Of a DNA stretch of 64,000 bases, positions 60,271-64,000 are shown in pieces. How positions within the stretch are numbered: position 1 is the stretch's first letter; the number at the start of each line of letters is the position of its first letter. The notes under the pieces are model-generated. The model did no database searches. It saw nothing but the letters and a program-made list of their open reading frames with translations, and was not told where the DNA came from. The stretch comes from an uncultured Bacteroidota bacterium (lineage in GTDB: Bacteria; Bacteroidota; Bacteroidia; UBA7662; CAMTUB01): NCBI GenBank assembly GCA_947084835.1, contig CAMTUB010000016.1, forward strand, positions 9,738 to 73,737, written 5' to 3'. The position numbers were made by a program, and so were the translations under genes.

Positions 60271-62691
60271 TTATTCTCCCTCTCTCTTAACTGGAACAGC
60301 TTCTGTAACTGGCATAACCGGTCTCATGGCTTCTTTTCCTGTAACTTCAACTGCTTTAGCGGCAGTTTTCTCTGCCAATTCCTTGGCCTTAATTTTAGAA
60401 GTTGACTCATCCATCATTTTAGCGCCTTCTAAGGTAGTTTTACCCGTTGCGCCTTTTACGCCAGCTTTAATTGGCAATGGTTTTGCTATTGGGCTTGGAA
60501 CCGACATTTTAATTTCATCAATTGGCTGCACAAATCTTGGCTCATCTTTTACCAAGTTTAATTCTGCAATGATGTTGGTAGCTCCACCTAGTTTTTCGAT
60601 TAAGAAAAGTACATAACGAATATCCACGTTAATGGTACGCTTATACTTTTTATCAAAAACGATATCGCCACTCATAGCTTCCCAGTTGCCATCGAAAGCC
60701 AAACCAATTAAATGACCACTACCATTAATAACCGGACTTCCAGAGTTCCCTCCTGTAATATCATTATTTGTAATAAAAGCCACTGGCATACGGCCATCAG
60801 CCATTGCATATTGACCATAATTTTTCTTACCGTGTAATTCAACCAATTTAGCAGGCAAGTCAAATTCTGAATCACCAGGAACGTATTTCTCCATTACACC
60901 ATCAAGTGTGGTTACGAAATCGTAATGAACTGCATCTTTCGGATCATAGCTCTGTACTGAACCGTACGTTAAACGAAGCGAGCTGTTTGCATCAGGATAG
61001 GCTACTAAATCAGATTGCATTTCTCTCAAGCCTTTGATATATGCACGACCCAATTGCGCATTCATTGCATTAAACTCATCAATTTTTGGTTTAAAATTGG
61101 TGATATAGTTATTGTAAAATGCCGATACATGTACAAAAATTGGATCTTTTGTTAAGGTTTTTAACGATGGCTTTTCAGTAAATGCAGTAAATTTAGCTTT
61201 ATCTCCAAATATACTTTTTGCGTATAAATAGGCTACATATTTCTCGATAGACTCTTCATCTGTTTTTCCTTTGTTCTTCTTCATCATCGTTGCTAACAAA
61301 GCAGGATGCTGCTCTTTTGGAATTGCATTGAAATACTTTACCAAATGTTGTGTAACAATTTTCTGATCAGATGACTGGAAGAAAGTGCTTAAAATATCTT
61401 CAAATCCGGCTTTCATTCCGTCAGCCATTTTCTTAACGTCTGCATCGGTTTTGAAATTTGCTGCTTGAGTAACAAATCCAATTGAAAGTTGTGCAGATGA
61501 TGGAGCCATTATAGCTTCTTGTAAATACGTACGTTGCAACGCATACGGAGAATACGCTTCATATGCCTTGTTTACTTTTTCTAAAAGGCCATCGTATTCT
61601 GGATTTCCCTTCGCAAAGTTTGCAAAACGAGCTTCTAATTCTTTTTTCTGGTCGTAAACTTTTAAACGGGTTAATTGCTCGGTTTGACCGATATAGTATT
61701 TCCAATAGTTTGCAATGCTTGCATAATCTGAAGAAAGCAATAATCTGTCAGAAACACTCTTATCCATTACTTCTTTCCAAGATTTCAAACGAGAATCGCG
61801 TAAAGAAACAATTGTTGGGTTTACTTTTTCAACGGCTAATTTAATTCCGTTCGAAAACTCATAACGATTTGTACGACCAGGGAAGCCCATAATCATAGCA
61901 AAATCTCCTTCTTTAACACCAGCTACAGAAACTGGCAAATGGTGTTTTGGAGCATATGGCTTGTTTGCTGTGCTATATGCTGCTGGTTTATTTTCAGCGT
62001 TTGTATAGATACGGAACATTGAAAAATCGCCCGTATGACGAGGCCACATCCAATTGTCTGTATCGCCACCAAATTTACCCACGTTTTGTGGAGGTGTTCC
62101 TACTAAACGAATGTCTGTAAATTTCTCAAAAACAAATAAATAGTATTCGTTTCCTTTATACATCTCACGAACTTGAGCTTCGTAATGCGTGCCTTTAATT
62201 GCTTCAGCAGTCAATTCTTTATAAATTCCTTGCAATTTTGCACCGCGTTGCTTTTCTTCAACTCCTTTGATTTTTGCTAAAACGGCTTGGGTTACATCTT
62301 CCATACGTACCACAACTGAAACCCACATGCCTTTAACCGGGCGCTCTTGGCCGTTATTTTTAGCCCAAAATCCGTTATCAAGTATATTGTCTTCTTTAGT
62401 ACTTGCAGTTGCAATTGCATCGTAACCGCAATGGTGATTTGTTAATACCAAACCTTGTGACGAAATTATTTCGCCCGTACATCCACCATTAAACCAAACG
62501 ATTGCATCTTTCATGCTTGATTTGCCTACCACATATAAATCTTCGGATGAAAGTTTCAACCCTAAAGATTTCATCTTTACTTCATTTTTCTTAAGATGGA
62601 TAGGCATCCACATACCTTCATCAGGTGTTGTTGAGCTAGCACTTGCCATAAACGACAATGCGGCTAATCCAACTGCCAATAAATATTTCAT
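60271..62691 (-). CDS. S46 family dipeptidyl peptidase (DPP7-type) with C-terminal extension
   Basis: DEGMW, TNHHC, DNWMWPRHTGDF, TGGNSGSP, FDGNWE (Gly at the S1 position as in DPP7, versus Arg in DPP11). Confidence 0.93.
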   Translation of the reverse strand: MKYLLAVGLAALSFMASASSTTPDEGMWMPIHLKKNEVKMKSLGLKLSSEDLYVVGKSSMKDAIVWFNGGCTGEIISSQGLVLTNHHCGYDAIATASTKEDNILDNGFWAKNNGQERPVKGMWVSVVVRMEDVTQAVLAKIKGVEEKQRGAKLQGIYKELTAEAIKGTHYEAQVREMYKGNEYYLFVFEKFTDIRLVGTPPQNVGKFGGDTDNWMWPRHTGDFSMFRIYTNAENKPAAYSTANKPYAPKHHLPVSVAGVKEGDFAMIMGFPGRTNRYEFSNGIKLAVEKVNPTIVSLRDSRLKSWKEVMDKSVSDRLLLSSDYASIANYWKYYIGQTEQLTRLKVYDQKKELEARFANFAKGNPEYDGLLEKVNKAYEAYSPYALQRTYLQEAIMAPSSAQLSIGFVTQAANFKTDADVKKMADGMKAGFEDILSTFFQSSDQKIVTQHLVKYFNAIPKEQHPALLATMMKKNKGKTDEESIEKYVAYLYAKSIFGDKAKFTAFTEKPSLKTLTKDPIFVHVSAFYNNYITNFKPKIDEFNAMNAQLGRAYIKGLREMQSDLVAYPDANSSLRLTYGSVQSYDPKDAVHYDFVTTLDGVMEKYVPGDSEFDLPAKLVELHGKKNYGQYAMADGRMPVAFITNNDITGGNSGSPVINGSGHLIGLAFDGNWEAMSGDIVFDKKYKRTINVDIRYVLFLIEKLGGATNIIAELNLVKDEPRFVQPIDEIKMSVPSPIAKPLPIKAGVKGATGKTTLEGAKMMDESTSKIKAKELAEKTAAKAVEVTGKEAMRPVMPVTEAVPVKREGE

Positions 62692-62785
62692 ATTAACTGT
62701 TTTAAAGTTTTGCAAATTTATACTTTAAATGCAAAGATGTATACCGTTGAAATAATAATAGGCACATCTATATAAATGATTGAAA

Positions 62786-62863
62786 TGGTGAGATGTACTA
62801 GATTCGAACTAGCGACCCTTACCCTGTCAAGGTAATGCTCTAAACCAACTGAGCTAACATCCC
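62786..62863 (-). tRNA. tRNA-Val (GAC)
   Basis: Minus strand GGGATGT...ACATCTC-A-CCA, anticodon arm TTACC-TTGACAG-GGTAA, TTCGAAT loop; CCA encoded. Confidence 0.95.
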
Positions 62864-62898
62864 ATTTTCACCAATTTAACAATAGCTTTTTAATACAA

Positions 62899-62939
62899 AT
62901 TGCCCCTTATTAAAGCCTGAAACTTCAATAAGGGGCAAT
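62899..62939 (-). terminator. Hairpin downstream of hpf-like gene
   Basis: ATTGCCCCTTATT ... AATAAGGGGCAAT inverted repeat. Confidence 0.65.
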
Positions 62940-62955
62940 AAATTTTTATGTTACT

Positions 62956-63285
62956 TTAAAAAACTTCAACTGGGTTTCCATCATTGCGTTGATTTACCTG
63001 CTTCGCTTTTTCTCTACGAAGAATCTCTTGCAAGGCATCTACACATTCGTTAACAGATTGCTCAAAGCTTTTTGAGTTCTTCTTAACCAAGTGATCATCG
63101 CCTTTAACAAACAATGTGATTTGGCAATTTTTATTTTCTATATCGTTTGCCGAACCCAATGACAAGGCAACATCTGCATGAATTATATCAGCTTTTTGCG
63201 AAAAAAGTTTTTCAACTTTTCCGTTGATGTGTTCGGTTAAATTATCTAAAATATCAAAGTTCACGGCATTTATTCTAATATCCAT
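62956..63285 (-). CDS. Ribosome hibernation factor HPF/RaiA family protein
   Basis: MDIRINAVNF, KVEKL, ENKNCQI, SFEQSV...LRREK. Confidence 0.8.
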   Translation of the reverse strand: MDIRINAVNFDILDNLTEHINGKVEKLFSQKADIIHADVALSLGSANDIENKNCQITLFVKGDDHLVKKNSKSFEQSVNECVDALQEILRREKAKQVNQRNDGNPVEVF

Positions 63286-63364
63286 AATACATATTGTTTA
63301 ATTTGTTTTAATACCTTAAATGTACAAAAAATACGTAAAAAGTGAAATCTAAAGCCAAAAAACA

Positions 63365-64000
63365 TTATTCCTGAATATTTTCATCGTTGTTTAAAGGTCT
63401 TGATGGCAAAATATCAACTTCATGTTTCATAATAAAAACGGCATTATCGCTTGGTGTAATTCCACTTCCTACATGGTAAGCAAACACTTTTGTGAACTCA
63501 GCTCCAAAATATAAAATTATTGATGAGTAATAAACCCAAGCTAGTATCAAAACTAGGGATGCTGCCGTTCCGTATACTTGCCCAATAGTTGAATTGGTTA
63601 AATAATACCCAATGATTAGTTTTCCGATAGTAAATAAAACTGCTGTAAATATTGAACCCACAATTGTATCGTACCATTTGATTTTAGCATCGGGCAATAC
63701 TTTAAAAATTACAGAGAACAGCAACGTAATTACCACAAACATGAATGCAAAATCGGCAATATGGAAAACATACACGATACTTTCATCAAAGTATTTTAAC
63801 AATTCTTCGTTCAAAAAGGCAAGTGCTGTGCTAAAAATTAACGATACCAGCAGCATTCCTGCCATAATTAGTACCAACGAAAAAGAGAGTAAGCGATCAA
63901 GCAGAAATTTGAGCCAGCTTTTAGTAGGTTTTGATTTTATCGACCATATGAAATTTACAGACGATTGTATTTCGGCAAAAACTCCTGTTGCTCCAACCAG
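63365..64000 (-). CDS. YihY/virulence factor BrkB family membrane protein (5' end beyond window)
   Basis: Frame open to window end (GATGVFAEIQ...DRLLSF); IFKVLPD, YGTAASL, WVYYSS, GAEF. Confidence 0.9.
   Translation of the reverse strand: MVGATGVFAEIQSSVNFIWSIKSKPTKSWLKFLLDRLLSFSLVLIMAGMLLVSLIFSTALAFLNEELLKYFDESIVYVFHIADFAFMFVVITLLFSVIFKVLPDAKIKWYDTIVGSIFTAVLFTIGKLIIGYYLTNSTIGQVYGTAASLVLILAWVYYSSIILYFGAEFTKVFAYHVGSGITPSDNAVFIMKHEVDILPSRPLNNDENIQE

Noticed and set aside
62740-62863. tRNA-Val as an island integration site
   Set aside because: No integrase, and no duplicate of the tRNA 3' end seen in the window

Overview
AT-rich chromosomal segment of a Bacteroidota bacterium, judged from T9SS cargo proteins, TAnnTTTG-type promoters and typical gene order. 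Most of it is core genome: recJ, thiL, prs-rplY-pth, glmS, panC, ispB-like, recR, grpE-dnaJ, rlmN-flippase-dut-TPR-envC-like, tatA-gatA-mltD-like, plus tRNA-Gln(TTG) and tRNA-Val(GAC). I saw no transposase, integrase, reverse transcriptase or CRISPR array. The stand-out element is a two-gene cassette at 31565-35424. It encodes a secreted FGE-sulfatase/CLec-fold protein lacking the FGE catalytic cysteines and a T9SS signal, followed by a T9SS cargo protein carrying 22 tandem 24-aa I[YF]xGG...C[YF] repeats with a recent 216-nt higher-order duplication. I infer a possible scaffold-plus-multiple-heads surface assembly. Other points of note: a frameshifted mscS, a T9SS-tagged blue-copper protein, unusually long perfect palindromic terminators, and a candidate heat-shock operator plus sigma54-like promoter at grpE. 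All family calls come from motif recognition by eye; no database search was run.
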